Assembly (NCBI GenBank): GCA_041640595.1
Contig: JBEPZY010000001.1
Span: forward strand, 448,001 to 512,000
DNA from: Gemmatales bacterium
Lineage (GTDB): Bacteria; Planctomycetota; Planctomycetia; Gemmatales; HRBIN36
DNA: 64,000 bases
Direction of reading: 5' to 3'
The notes beneath the pieces were generated by a model, which saw nothing but the letters and a program-made list of their open reading frames with translations, did not search any database and was not told where the DNA came from. Position 1 is the first letter of the stretch. Each line of letters starts with the position of its first letter. Positions 47,705-57,895 of the stretch are shown piece after piece. Position numbers and translations under genes: made by a program.

Positions 47705-48658
47705 ATGCGGATTGTCATGATGGGAACCGGGCGGTTCGCGGAGCCGACGTTCCAGGCTCTGCTGGCAAGTCGGCACTGTGTCGCCGGACTGGTTGCCAAT
47801 CCTGACCGGCCCAGCGGCAGGGAAAAGGAAATGGTGCGCTCGATCAAAAAGATTGCTCTGGCACACGGCATCCCCGTTTTCCAGCCAGAAAAAATAAACA
47901 CGTCCGAAGGTATTGCGGGACTGAAAGCTTTTGAGCCGGAGCTTCTGGTAGTAGCAGCCTATGGGCAGATTCTTTCGCCAGAAGTGTTATCCGTAGCCCG
48001 GCATGGCGGAATAAACGTCCACGCTTCGCTTTTGCCCAAATACCGCGGAGCCGCTCCGGTCGCCTGGGCCATTTACCATGGCGAAACCCGTACCGGCGTC
48101 ACCATTATTCGCATGTCGCCACAGATGGACGCCGGAGATATTCTCGCTCAGGAAGCCGTGGACATTCTTCCCGACGAAACTGCCGGAGAATTGGAAGCAC
48201 GTCTGGCCGTGATCGGTGCCCGTTTAGCCTTGCAGGTCATTGATCAGATCGAATCGGGTCAGGTTCGTGCCATTGCTCAGGATTCCAGCCAGGCGACGCG
48301 AGCCCCGAAGCTGAAAAAAGAGCACGGTCTGGTTGACTGGTCGCGCTCGGCTCAGCAGGTGGTTAACCAGATACGGGCGATGCAACCCTGGCCCACTGCT
48401 TATACGTTCTGGCATCGCCGCGATAAACCACCGCTTCGCTTGATTATTCGCCGAGCGCGAGCCTGGCCGGAGACCACTGACGCTCGACCCGGCACAATCA
48501 TCGCGGTGCATCCTGATACCGTGCGAGTGGCCAGCGGACAGGGTACGGTCGAACTGCTCCAAATCCAACCGGCAGGAGGCAAGGTCATGTCCGTCGGGGA
48601 ATTTCTCCGCGGTCACCACATGCAGGGCGGCGAATTGTTAGGAGCGGAAAGACTATGA
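47705..48658 (+). CDS. fmt: Methionyl-tRNA formyltransferase
   Basis: MGT, VAAYGQIL, NVHASLLPKYRGAAP, MDAGD. Confidence 0.97.
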   Translation: MRIVMMGTGRFAEPTFQALLASRHCVAGLVANPDRPSGREKEMVRSIKKIALAHGIPVFQPEKINTSEGIAGLKAFEPELLVVAAYGQILSPEVLSVARHGGINVHASLLPKYRGAAPVAWAIYHGETRTGVTIIRMSPQMDAGDILAQEAVDILPDETAGELEARLAVIGARLALQVIDQIESGQVRAIAQDSSQATRAPKLKKEHGLVDWSRSAQQVVNQIRAMQPWPTAYTFWHRRDKPPLRLIIRRARAWPETTDARPGTIIAVHPDTVRVASGQGTVELLQIQPAGGKVMSVGEFLRGHHMQGGELLGAERL

Positions 48659-50043
48659 CGAAATCGGCTACAACGTTCCACTGGAAAGCACTCACTCCAC
48701 GCGCTGTTGCTGTCCAAGTGTTACTGGAATGCAGACGCCATCGCCGCTTCGCTCAGGAAATTCTCGATGAACAATTGCAACGCACTCCTCTGAACGCGGC
48801 GGATCGCCGTCTGGTAACTCAGCTGGTGTATGGTGTGCAGCGCCGTCGGCTGACGTTGGATCGTTTACTGCGGCCGTTCGTGAAACGTCCGCTCCATCGC
48901 GTCGAACCATGGATTTGGGAAACTTTGCGGGTCGGGGCATACCAGCTGGTCTTGCTGACGCACATTGCCGTACATGCCGCCATTCATGAAACTGTGGAAG
49001 TTGCGGAGCTGGCCGGTAAGCCTCGCGGTAAGGGCTTTATCAATGCCATCCTCCGCCGATTGGCAGAAACAATAACCGACGAGTTCAGCGACACCCCCAG
49101 CTCCCAGGCCGTGCCGTGCGAAGATGGGCGATACCGCTTGCTTCGCATGCCTCTTTTACCCGACCCGCAAACTCAGCCCTTGCAATACATTGCGATCGCT
49201 TTCGCCTTTCCACCCTGGTTGGTGAGCCGCTGGGCCGAACGCTATGACCAGGCCGAGCTCTACCGTCTCGGTTTCTGGTTTGCTGCCCCTCCGCCGACCT
49301 ACTTGCGGGTGAATTTACTGAAAACCGACCGAAATTCGCTGCTGGAGCGCTTGCGTGCAGCCGGCATAAAATGCCAGCCCGGTCAGCATCCTCAGTCTAT
49401 TCGTCTCGAGCAGCATGTTGCCCCTGCTGAGTTGCCGGGATTTGCTGAAGGATGGTTTACCGTTCAGGACGAATCTTCCATGCAGGTGGTTTCAGCGCTC
49501 GATCCGCAACCGGGCTGGAAGGTACTTGACCTGTGTGCTGCTCCAGGTGCCAAAACAACTCATCTGGCAGAATTGATGGCCAATCAAGGCCACATTCTCG
49601 CCTGCGATGTGGACAAACGTCGGCTAGCGGTGATTCCCCGACTGGCTGAGCGGCTTGGAATCAGTATCATCGAAACCTGTTTGTTGTCTCCCAAAGGTGA
49701 ACCACCCCCCGGCCCGTTCGATGCCGTTCTCGTGGATGTACCCTGCAGCAACACGGGTGTGCTGGGTCGGCGACCGGAAGCACGCTGGAAACTCTCTCCG
49801 CGTGCCCTACGCAAACTTGTTCCCCTGCAAACCAAACTGCTCATTTACGCCGCCGAACGTGTCCGGCCTGGGGGCGTGATTGTCTATTCCACCTGCAGCC
49901 TCGAACCGGAAGAAAATCGCACTGTCGTCCACAACGTCCTGAGCGTGATTCAAGACCTGGAACTGGATGTCGAGGTGGATCAGGTTCCTGGCCAGCCTGC
50001 CGATGGCGGTTATTACGCCCGCATCGTTCGCCGACAGCTATAA
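48655..50043 (+). CDS. rsmB: 16S rRNA (cytosine967-C5)-methyltransferase with NusB-like N-terminus
   Basis: VQDESS, LDLCAAPGAKT, DVPCSNTG, YSTCS..PEEN; follows def-fmt. Confidence 0.93.
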   Translation: MTKSATTFHWKALTPRAVAVQVLLECRRHRRFAQEILDEQLQRTPLNAADRRLVTQLVYGVQRRRLTLDRLLRPFVKRPLHRVEPWIWETLRVGAYQLVLLTHIAVHAAIHETVEVAELAGKPRGKGFINAILRRLAETITDEFSDTPSSQAVPCEDGRYRLLRMPLLPDPQTQPLQYIAIAFAFPPWLVSRWAERYDQAELYRLGFWFAAPPPTYLRVNLLKTDRNSLLERLRAAGIKCQPGQHPQSIRLEQHVAPAELPGFAEGWFTVQDESSMQVVSALDPQPGWKVLDLCAAPGAKTTHLAELMANQGHILACDVDKRRLAVIPRLAERLGISIIETCLLSPKGEPPPGPFDAVLVDVPCSNTGVLGRRPEARWKLSPRALRKLVPLQTKLLIYAAERVRPGGVIVYSTCSLEPEENRTVVHNVLSVIQDLELDVEVDQVPGQPADGGYYARIVRRQL

Positions 50044-50215
50044 CCCGTTGCGTTTTTCATAAACCCTTCCAGTGTTTTTTGCGATACGTTTGACAACGCC
50101 GATGCTTGAACCACCTTAGGTTTCCATCAACGTGCCAACTGAGCCAAGAAGCCCCGGGGCGTTTCTCGGTTGGGCATTGCTCTGCATTTGTGGCCCATCA
50201 GATCGGGAGGAAAAA

Positions 50216-51892
50216 ATGCGTGTGCTGCGATTCTTGGGGAGCGTGACTTGCCTCCTCTTGCTTTTTGCAAGCTTACTTCTGGCAACCGAGGAGGTGCCGC
50301 AGCAGAAACCTGCCAGCCCACCTCCAGGTCTGCAACAAGACTCGCAATCTTCTTCCCAGCCCGATCTTCAGGAATTATTGCGGCGCATCGAAATGCTCGA
50401 ACAACAAAATCGCGAACTCCGCACAGCGCTGGAAAGATTGCAGGAGCAACTGCCTAAAGCTCCTGCTTCGGTATCGGAGCCACCTACCGCTTTACCAGGG
50501 CAAGAACAGTCCGTTGAAGCCTCCCTTCCCATGGCTGGCCAGCAGAAGCCCGATCCCGATGAGCTAAAAAACAATCCCTGGCGGCTGGTCGAATTACGCG
50601 ATCCCTCCCCGTGGATTCGGGCGAACTGGCAAAATGGCCTGGGAATTCAGTCCACTGATGGTAGTTTTCGCATTCACGTCGGTGGCCGAACCCAGTTCGA
50701 TACCGTCTGGATGACTGCCTCCGACCGCGTGCAAAATGCCCCAGGCGGCATCGGAAAGCTGCAGGACGGCTTCTTTTTCCGCCGCGCCCGATTTACAGTG
50801 GACGGGAAGCTGTTTCATAATTTCGAATTCGTTTGCGAGTATGATTTCGTCAACGCTTTCGACTTCGAGCCTCTCGACCCCGCAAGAGAAACCGACGTGG
50901 CTAACACACCGGTCCCCACTGACCTCTGGGCTCAGCTTGTGGATATCCCCATTCTCGGCAATATTCGTGTCGGTAACCAAAAACCGCCGATCAGTTTCGA
51001 GCACCTCACCAGCAGTCGCTGGCTCAACTTCATGGAACGATCTTTCATGTTCGACGCGTTTATAGGCGGTCTCGATAACGGCTTCCGCCCCGGCGTGCAA
51101 ATATTCAACTGGACTCAAGATGAAAACATCACCTGGCAGATCGGAGTTTTCAAGAATAACACTACAGTATTCGGGTTCAACACCGGCGATGGAGAATATG
51201 ATGTTACTGGCCGACTTACCTGGACGCCTATCTATGCGGAAGGCGGCAAGTACCTGGTGCATCTGGGCCTCGGTGCCAGTGCCCGCGACTTAGACAACGA
51301 TCGCTATCGCTTGCGGGCACGCGGTTCATTGCGCAACGGGCCAGGACCTCTTAGTACGGCTTTCTCCGATGCTCGGTTTCTCGGCGACAGCATGTACATT
51401 CTAGTGCCAGAATTCGCATTAGTTTACGGACCCTGGTCTGTAGTGGCGGAATACTATACTACCTGGTTTACTGATGTGGCTTTCCCGATCGCGGCCCCGG
51501 TGCCTGTGGGCACCACCTTCTATCATGGCGGTTATGTCGAGGTACTATATTTCCTCACTGGCGAATATAGGCCTTATTTACGCCATGGTGGATCGGGGGC
51601 CAATTTCAATCGCGTGATCCCGAAGCAGAATTTCATCTATATAGACCGGGATGGCGAGGTCATTTTCGCACCAGGCGCCTGGCAAGTCGGTATTCGTTAC
51701 CAGTATATAGACCTTGCGGACAAAGGTATCCCCGGAGCTATCCTGCACGACATTACTTTAGGTCTCAACTGGTTCCTGAATCCCAATGCCAAGGTGCAGT
51801 GGAACTATAGTATTACCCATCGCGATGCTGTCGGCTCACCGGCGGACGGCTGGATACAGGGGTTTGGTATGCGGTTAGCTTTCGATTTCTAA
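50216..51892 (+). CDS. OprO/OprP-family porin with N-terminal coiled coil
   Basis: Signal peptide, GGRTQFD, FRRAR, FMERS, YFLTGE, LGLNWFLNP, terminal F; GGAGG upstream of ATG 50216. Confidence 0.88.
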   Translation: MRVLRFLGSVTCLLLLFASLLLATEEVPQQKPASPPPGLQQDSQSSSQPDLQELLRRIEMLEQQNRELRTALERLQEQLPKAPASVSEPPTALPGQEQSVEASLPMAGQQKPDPDELKNNPWRLVELRDPSPWIRANWQNGLGIQSTDGSFRIHVGGRTQFDTVWMTASDRVQNAPGGIGKLQDGFFFRRARFTVDGKLFHNFEFVCEYDFVNAFDFEPLDPARETDVANTPVPTDLWAQLVDIPILGNIRVGNQKPPISFEHLTSSRWLNFMERSFMFDAFIGGLDNGFRPGVQIFNWTQDENITWQIGVFKNNTTVFGFNTGDGEYDVTGRLTWTPIYAEGGKYLVHLGLGASARDLDNDRYRLRARGSLRNGPGPLSTAFSDARFLGDSMYILVPEFALVYGPWSVVAEYYTTWFTDVAFPIAAPVPVGTTFYHGGYVEVLYFLTGEYRPYLRHGGSGANFNRVIPKQNFIYIDRDGEVIFAPGAWQVGIRYQYIDLADKGIPGAILHDITLGLNWFLNPNAKVQWNYSITHRDAVGSPADGWIQGFGMRLAFDF

Positions 51893-51948
51893 TGCGCAAC
51901 TAAACTTGCCAGCTATCGTGCCTTAGCTGCACTCCTAAACTGGCATTT

Positions 51949-53526
51949 TCACTCCTGCACGCGGACCTCGGTGGCACTTTCGCGGTGATTCTGGGAATTC
52001 TGACTAATCGGGCGAAACTTCGCAGTCAGACTTTCCCAGTCGAGCACCAAAGTGCCACCGGTCTTATTATGTTGTTTTTCCCAGTTCGTGAGCAACTCAA
52101 AGCAAGCGTGGTCTATATAGGTCAGTCCCTCTAAATGGATGTGCAACTCGTAATCACCAGGTACCTGGCGCAATACTTCCGCCAATTTAGGTAACCGAAT
52201 AAACGTGGCGGCGCCTGACAGATAAAGATTCGCCAGCCGCCTATTTACGTCCAAATTGAGACGGATGTCAAGCTGCGAGAATATGTATAGGAGGCGAATT
52301 ATAGCCAGCACTATACCTGTTATGATCCCCGTGAGCAGGTCTATAACAACCACGGTGCCTAAGGTGGCTACGTAAACTAAGAATTCACCCTTGCCGAGGT
52401 TCCAGAAGGTTGCGAAATTGCGCCATTTGAAAAGCTTCGCACCAGTATAAACCAGAATAGCAGCCAAGGCAGCTATGGGTACTAACCGAAGAACTTGCGG
52501 AAACATGGCACAGAACAACAGTAACCAGACGCCATGTAAGATTGTCGCCAGGCGTGTTTGTGCACCGGCTTGGATATTAGTGGCAGTGCGAACAATAACA
52601 CCTGTCATCGGCAATAACTGGAAAATACCGTTGATGGAATTACCAATTCCTTGCGCTAGAAGCTCGCGGTCATAGTTTGTGCGTGGAGCGTGTTGCTGCA
52701 TCGTGTCTGCAGCGGTAGCGGTGAGTAAAGTTTCCGCACTCGCCACGAACGCCAGGGCTAAACCTGCCAGCAGTAACGGCAGGCCCATTTGCGACCAATC
52801 TATGTTGAAGGAAATAAGACCGGCTGCTTCCAGGATATTGTCCGGCATTTGCACATAATTCACCGAAGCGCCCATCAGGGCTGCCAAAGTCGCGCCGAAA
52901 ATGACACCCACAAGCGGTCCAGGAATAAATCGAATTCGTTGAGGAGCCAGGTTCACCCAGAGCGTGATAACCAGGATGGTGGCCAGTCCGACCAACGCCG
53001 CTGAACGGTGCTCCGGCATAGTGATGCCCTTATACACGGCCTCAGGAATGGTGACCAAGTTGATGACACCGCCGAATTCCTTGCCGGTACCCGGCGGTGT
53101 ATCATCTACCATGATGTGAAATTGCGAGGCGAAAATCAGCACACCGATGCCGGCCAGCATTCCTTCGATCACCGAAGGCGGAACGGCGCGAAACCATTGC
53201 CCTAAACGCAACAGACCCGCCAGCAATTGTATGGTACCTGCCACCAGGACGATGATGGCTAGCTGATCCCAGCCGAAACGTTCAATAAACTGGCTGACCA
53301 TCACGGCTAAACCAGCCGCCGGACCGGTGACCTGTAGCGGGCACCCAGCAAGAATGCCGACCAGAATACCGCCTACGATAGCCGTCAGAATGCCTACTCC
53401 CGCGGCTTTCTCCATTGGAACCCCCGAGGCGATGGCGATGCCCATCGAAAGAGGCACAGCCACCAGAAACACTACGATGGAAGCCAGGAAGTCCTGAATC
53501 AACCAGTGTCGTTTGTCTGTGCTCAT
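51949..53526 (-). CDS. SulP family inorganic anion (probably bicarbonate) transporter with STAS-like C-terminus
   Basis: DFLASIVVFLVAVPLSMGIAIASG, QVTGPAAGL, ELLAQGIGN, PMTGVIVRT, YIDHAC. Confidence 0.93.
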   Translation of the reverse strand: MSTDKRHWLIQDFLASIVVFLVAVPLSMGIAIASGVPMEKAAGVGILTAIVGGILVGILAGCPLQVTGPAAGLAVMVSQFIERFGWDQLAIIVLVAGTIQLLAGLLRLGQWFRAVPPSVIEGMLAGIGVLIFASQFHIMVDDTPPGTGKEFGGVINLVTIPEAVYKGITMPEHRSAALVGLATILVITLWVNLAPQRIRFIPGPLVGVIFGATLAALMGASVNYVQMPDNILEAAGLISFNIDWSQMGLPLLLAGLALAFVASAETLLTATAADTMQQHAPRTNYDRELLAQGIGNSINGIFQLLPMTGVIVRTATNIQAGAQTRLATILHGVWLLLFCAMFPQVLRLVPIAALAAILVYTGAKLFKWRNFATFWNLGKGEFLVYVATLGTVVVIDLLTGIITGIVLAIIRLLYIFSQLDIRLNLDVNRRLANLYLSGAATFIRLPKLAEVLRQVPGDYELHIHLEGLTYIDHACFELLTNWEKQHNKTGGTLVLDWESLTAKFRPISQNSQNHRESATEVRVQE

Positions 53527-53602
53527 ATAGGCTCTCCTTGTCCATTTCCGAAGGCGAAATCGCCAGAGCAACGGCATGTAGCTTACCCGTATCGGGTGCA
53601 AG

Positions 53603-54283
53603 TCATGGTGTCGCCAGATGCAGCGGCCACTGGAAAGAAAGCGGTTGTAAACCGACTTCGTGCAAGGGCATAAACTGGGCGCGATCCTGACAATAGACGT
53701 GGATTTGGCCGGTCTCAATGGAGTAGAGCCAGGCGTGCAAGCGAGCTGTGCCATTCTCGACTGCGGCAGCCACAGCGGGGTGGGTCAGCAAATTGTCCAC
53801 CTGGACGAGCACGTTCAGTCGCACGGCCAGCTCGAGCGGGTCTTTCGCGGTACTTGCGTCAGGATGAGCCTGAGCTAGCGTGGCCACTCGTAAATTGGGC
53901 TCCAGGGAGCGACACAACGCCGGCAACTGGGAACGCATTTGCTCAAAGTTGAGCATAGCGCGCACAGCCCCGCACTGAGTGTGTCCCATGACAACGATGT
54001 CTTGCACTTTCAAGCCGAGCACTGCAAATTCGATAGTTCCTGCTTCCGCAGACGCCGACTGGCCAAACGCAGGCACGATGTTGCCGGCGTTGCGCAACAC
54101 AAAGAGGTCTCCTGGCTCGGCGTGGAAAATCAAGCCAGGTTCGATTCGTGAATCGGCGCAGGTGATGAGCATCACCTGCGGCTGCTGACCCTTGGCGAGT
54201 TCGGCCAACTGTTCCCGATGACCGGGACAATAATGTTCGCAAAAGTGTTTGTATCCATTCAGCAATTGGTGCAATGCTTTCAT
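53603..54283 (-). CDS. Beta-class carbonic anhydrase
   Basis: GQQP, CADSR, PGDLFVLRNAGN, GHTQCGAV; GGAGG upstream of ATG 54283. Confidence 0.95.
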   Translation of the reverse strand: MKALHQLLNGYKHFCEHYCPGHREQLAELAKGQQPQVMLITCADSRIEPGLIFHAEPGDLFVLRNAGNIVPAFGQSASAEAGTIEFAVLGLKVQDIVVMGHTQCGAVRAMLNFEQMRSQLPALCRSLEPNLRVATLAQAHPDASTAKDPLELAVRLNVLVQVDNLLTHPAVAAAVENGTARLHAWLYSIETGQIHVYCQDRAQFMPLHEVGLQPLSFQWPLHLATP

Positions 54284-54375
54284 GGTAGGCCTCCCGTTTT
54301 TCGCGCGCAAAGCGCGGGGTCCGCAATTGCTGCCCGGGACTGCAGGGTTGCAACGCGATAAAACGCAGACGGCAA

Positions 54376-54765
54376 TTAGCAGCGCAACGGTGGCAAACGA
54401 AGATGCAGACTGAGGGGTAACTGCGTATAGCTCCACAAAAGTGCACGAAGCTCGGCAGGGAGCCTCGATGTTACACAGACCCGCAGCGATTTGGCAATCA
54501 GTTCCTGCGAATACTGGCGGTGAACCGCGCGACGCCAGCAAGTCCCACAATGGCCAGTCAACCCGAACTCATTGCAGAAAGGAGCTTCCCGCGAAGAACA
54601 CTCGGAGTTTTCACGCTCCGCTTCACCCTGAAGTTGCAATAGAGCCAGCGCGGGCTGGACAGGCAGAAAGCCCTGCGCCAGCGTTAGTATTGCCAGAACA
54701 CCGCAAAGCACAGCTTGGTAGCAGCGCGGAAGCGAGTAGCGGATGCTAAGTTGACTGGACCTCAT
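54376..54765 (-). CDS. Small hypothetical ORF upstream of carbonic anhydrase (possible leader protein)
   Basis: 129 aa; hydrophobic N-terminal segment, HCGTC, ends HLRLPPLRC; co-oriented, about 90 nt upstream of the CA start. Confidence 0.5.
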   Translation of the reverse strand: MRSSQLSIRYSLPRCYQAVLCGVLAILTLAQGFLPVQPALALLQLQGEAERENSECSSREAPFCNEFGLTGHCGTCWRRAVHRQYSQELIAKSLRVCVTSRLPAELRALLWSYTQLPLSLHLRLPPLRC

Positions 54766-55102
54766 GATTGATAATAGGTTGGCGGCGAGTTACTGTGCCT
54801 GGCTCCCAGCGCTTTGTTAGGTTCGAGTAATGCGAAAGGAAGCTGTGCCACTAATTACTAGGGGATAAGACTCGCCATGTCAAGTCGAAAACCCCGCGTT
54901 ATTCCCTTGAGTCGCCTGGAAAGATAGGAGCTCGGCTTCGTGGAATGTGAGTCGGGCTTGACAGATCAGCCGGACTTGTGGCACAAACCGACATTGGTGT
55001 GCCCGAACCACGCGCGGAAAATCCGACTTTTGAGCAGCCAGAGAACCGTGCATAGGCCGGCAGGGCAGAGATGATCCTGGCCCTATTCGACGTTGCGAAC
55101 CC

Positions 55103-57697
55103 ATGACATCTGACGAGCCAATTTTGCAAGGCGAAAAAGAGAGCCGGCAATCCCAGCCCGTGCAGGCGACGGTGGCGCAACTCCTGTTGTCCAGTTCAGC
55201 AGGCGCGAGCGAAAACACCAGTGTCGAAGGTTCGGATAGGTGCGGCTGGGGTCGGCGGTGGCAAATCCCGGTCTTCCTGGCCGGTGTGTTAGCTGCTCTG
55301 CTCACCTTATGGTGGCAACCGTGGCGAACTGAACGGGCTCGCGCCGATTGGCAAGCAATCACACTGCAAGCAATGGCTGCCGAAGAGGCCGGCGATTACA
55401 CAACGGCTCGTCAGCTAGCGGAGCGTGTATTAGAAGGACCGGCCCCAGCCCGTTTGCAAGCGATGGCAGCATTAGTGCTGGCCGGTTGTTGGCTGGCGGA
55501 CGCCGACGCGATTCTGGCCAACGCTCCCAATGCCTTAACGACAGGGTCGGTTGCGACAAAACCTACCGTAGTTCCTGCGGAATTGCTCGAGCAAATCGAA
55601 TCGGCACTGGAGCGGGCGGAGCGATTGGGCCTGCCACGCGATTGGCAGCCGCGCTGGGCTTACCGTAAACTCTGGTCTCAGGTCTTGCGCGGTCAGGCTC
55701 CGGCAGACTGGCCGCAACGAATTTACCAGTTGTTAGACGAAAATCCTTCCGAGCGCTCGCTGGGCTACGAACGATTGGTGCGTTACTATCTGCAACAGTT
55801 GGCTGTACAGTCGCAGCATAAAGCTCAGGAAGTTTCAGCAAACTGGCAGGCTGCTCTGGAAGCGAGTCAGAGGTTGTTATTGCAACCGCAAGTACGCGAT
55901 GTTCAAGCGGCACGGTTACGCCATGCTCAAATCCTCATACAACTGCAACGCTTCAGTGAAGCTCGGGAGGTTCTGGCACGTATCCCGGCTCTTGACCCGC
56001 TTTATCCCGAAGCTTTGCACCTGTCGGCAAAAGCCTGGATGGAAGAAAGCCGTTACGAGGAGGCCGTTCAGACGTGGAATCGGCTTTTACAGGTGGTTCC
56101 CGAAACCTGGCCCCATTTGCCGCAGGCGCTGTTGTGGTTGGGGAAATGCTATGCTGACGGACTGAATCAGTTAGCGGAGGCCGAAAATGTCTGGCAACGT
56201 TTGCTCAGCACTCAAGCACAGGCCACAGCGGAATGTCAGGTGGCACAGTTGCGGTTAGCGATGCTGCGACAGGTACGCGGCCAGGATTCAGAAGCACTCC
56301 GACTGGTGCAAAGTGCTCTGCAAACTGGCATTCTCAACAATCCCTATATTTCTGTCGGGCAACTGGAAGAGTGGTTGCAACAGTTGTGGCAGCACTGGAT
56401 GGAGGCCGGACACTACGAACTGGCCCGCGACCTGGCGCGAACCTGGCAGGAAGCGGTTGGCAAAAGGCCACGGGCCAATCTAGCCCTGAGCCGCGCCTTA
56501 TGGCATTGGGCTGACCGTTTCTGGCAGCGTCAGCAAGATGGGGAGGAGTTGAGCGCTGAACAGCAGCAAGTCATGCAAGCGGCCTTTCGCGAAGCAGGAG
56601 AGATGTTTGAACAAACTGCCCGAATCAGTGAGCTGACCGACGACGACCACCAACCCGCGCCTCAGGAAAAAATCATGTTGCTCCAGCAAGCAGCCGTTTC
56701 CTTCCAGCGAGCCCAGGACTATCCGAGAGCGATTCGTTTGCTCGAGCAAGCCCTGAGCGAGATGGATAAACTGGGCACAGGTAAACCCGAACAATGGAAC
56801 AGCCTCGATCACGACGCCCTGCGGCAACAGATGCTGGTAACTCTCGGCGAGTGCTGGCAGCAGTTGAAGCTAGCCCAGAAGGCAGTCGAGGCGTTGCAGA
56901 AGGCCCTGGTTCTGCAAGGCCCCGATCGCATCCGCGGCTATTATCAGCTGGCCCTGGCATGGATGGACCTGGGCAAGTTGGACGAAGCGGAGAATGCCTT
57001 GCGGGAAATCCTCGCCGTGCCGGTGAGCGGCAACGAACCGCCTGAATATCGCCGGGCTTTATCTGCCCTTGGACACATTCACTATCGCCGCGAGCAGTAC
57101 GAAACCGCTGCCGAGTATCTCGAAAAAGCCATCAGTCGCTACCGTCCGGACGCTCCCCAAAGCTATTCGTTGCGTTACTGGTTAGGAGAATGCTACCGTT
57201 TGGCGGGCAAACAGGAAGATCGCAAAGCCGTCGCTGCGGACACCGAAACCAGGCGGCAGTTCCACCGCCAGCAAAAACGAAAGCACCTCAGCCGCGCTGC
57301 TGAGGTATTTGACGCTTTGGCGCAAAGTCTGCTGGTACGGGAAAAAAAGCAGCCCCTTTCCAGCGAACTGGCCGTGCTGGTGCGAGAAAGTCGCTTTGCC
57401 CTGGCGGACTGCTATTTTCATCTCGGCGAATATGAAAAAGCGGCAGCGGTGTATGAAACCCTGGGACGAGAATACGAGCAGCAGCTGGCAGGCTTACGAG
57501 CATGGTTCGAGGCGAGGCGAGCTTACCTGGCTGCCCAGCGTTTCGACGATGCCCTGCGAGCAGTGGATCAGGCTCAGCGTGTCCTTGAGCGATTGCGCGA
57601 CGAAGACCTGGTTCCTACTCGCATGACCCGTCAACAGTGGCAGCAGTACCTCGAGGATGCACGTCAGAATAGCAGATTGCCCGATTTGAAACCGTAA
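55103..57697 (+). CDS. Membrane-anchored tetratricopeptide repeat protein
   Basis: One TM helix; repeated ALLWLGKCY, YYQLALAW, YWLGECY, FALADCYFHLGEYEKA. Confidence 0.88.
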   Translation: MTSDEPILQGEKESRQSQPVQATVAQLLLSSSAGASENTSVEGSDRCGWGRRWQIPVFLAGVLAALLTLWWQPWRTERARADWQAITLQAMAAEEAGDYTTARQLAERVLEGPAPARLQAMAALVLAGCWLADADAILANAPNALTTGSVATKPTVVPAELLEQIESALERAERLGLPRDWQPRWAYRKLWSQVLRGQAPADWPQRIYQLLDENPSERSLGYERLVRYYLQQLAVQSQHKAQEVSANWQAALEASQRLLLQPQVRDVQAARLRHAQILIQLQRFSEAREVLARIPALDPLYPEALHLSAKAWMEESRYEEAVQTWNRLLQVVPETWPHLPQALLWLGKCYADGLNQLAEAENVWQRLLSTQAQATAECQVAQLRLAMLRQVRGQDSEALRLVQSALQTGILNNPYISVGQLEEWLQQLWQHWMEAGHYELARDLARTWQEAVGKRPRANLALSRALWHWADRFWQRQQDGEELSAEQQQVMQAAFREAGEMFEQTARISELTDDDHQPAPQEKIMLLQQAAVSFQRAQDYPRAIRLLEQALSEMDKLGTGKPEQWNSLDHDALRQQMLVTLGECWQQLKLAQKAVEALQKALVLQGPDRIRGYYQLALAWMDLGKLDEAENALREILAVPVSGNEPPEYRRALSALGHIHYRREQYETAAEYLEKAISRYRPDAPQSYSLRYWLGECYRLAGKQEDRKAVAADTETRRQFHRQQKRKHLSRAAEVFDALAQSLLVREKKQPLSSELAVLVRESRFALADCYFHLGEYEKAAAVYETLGREYEQQLAGLRAWFEARRAYLAAQRFDDALRAVDQAQRVLERLRDEDLVPTRMTRQQWQQYLEDARQNSRLPDLKP

Positions 57698-57895
57698 TCT
57701 ATGGGCAACGCTTGGCGGCGTTTCGGTCATTTTGGCCACTGGCTCCTGGTTCAAACTGCCTGGGGCCGATGATGCGGTCTCTCCCCGCATTGATGCCCGA
57801 AGCAGCTTTGATTACGGACATGCGCGGGAACACTGCTCCGTCGTTCACGTCTGGGGCTGATTTCGCTTATAGTATTCAGCAAAAAGGCGAGCTTG

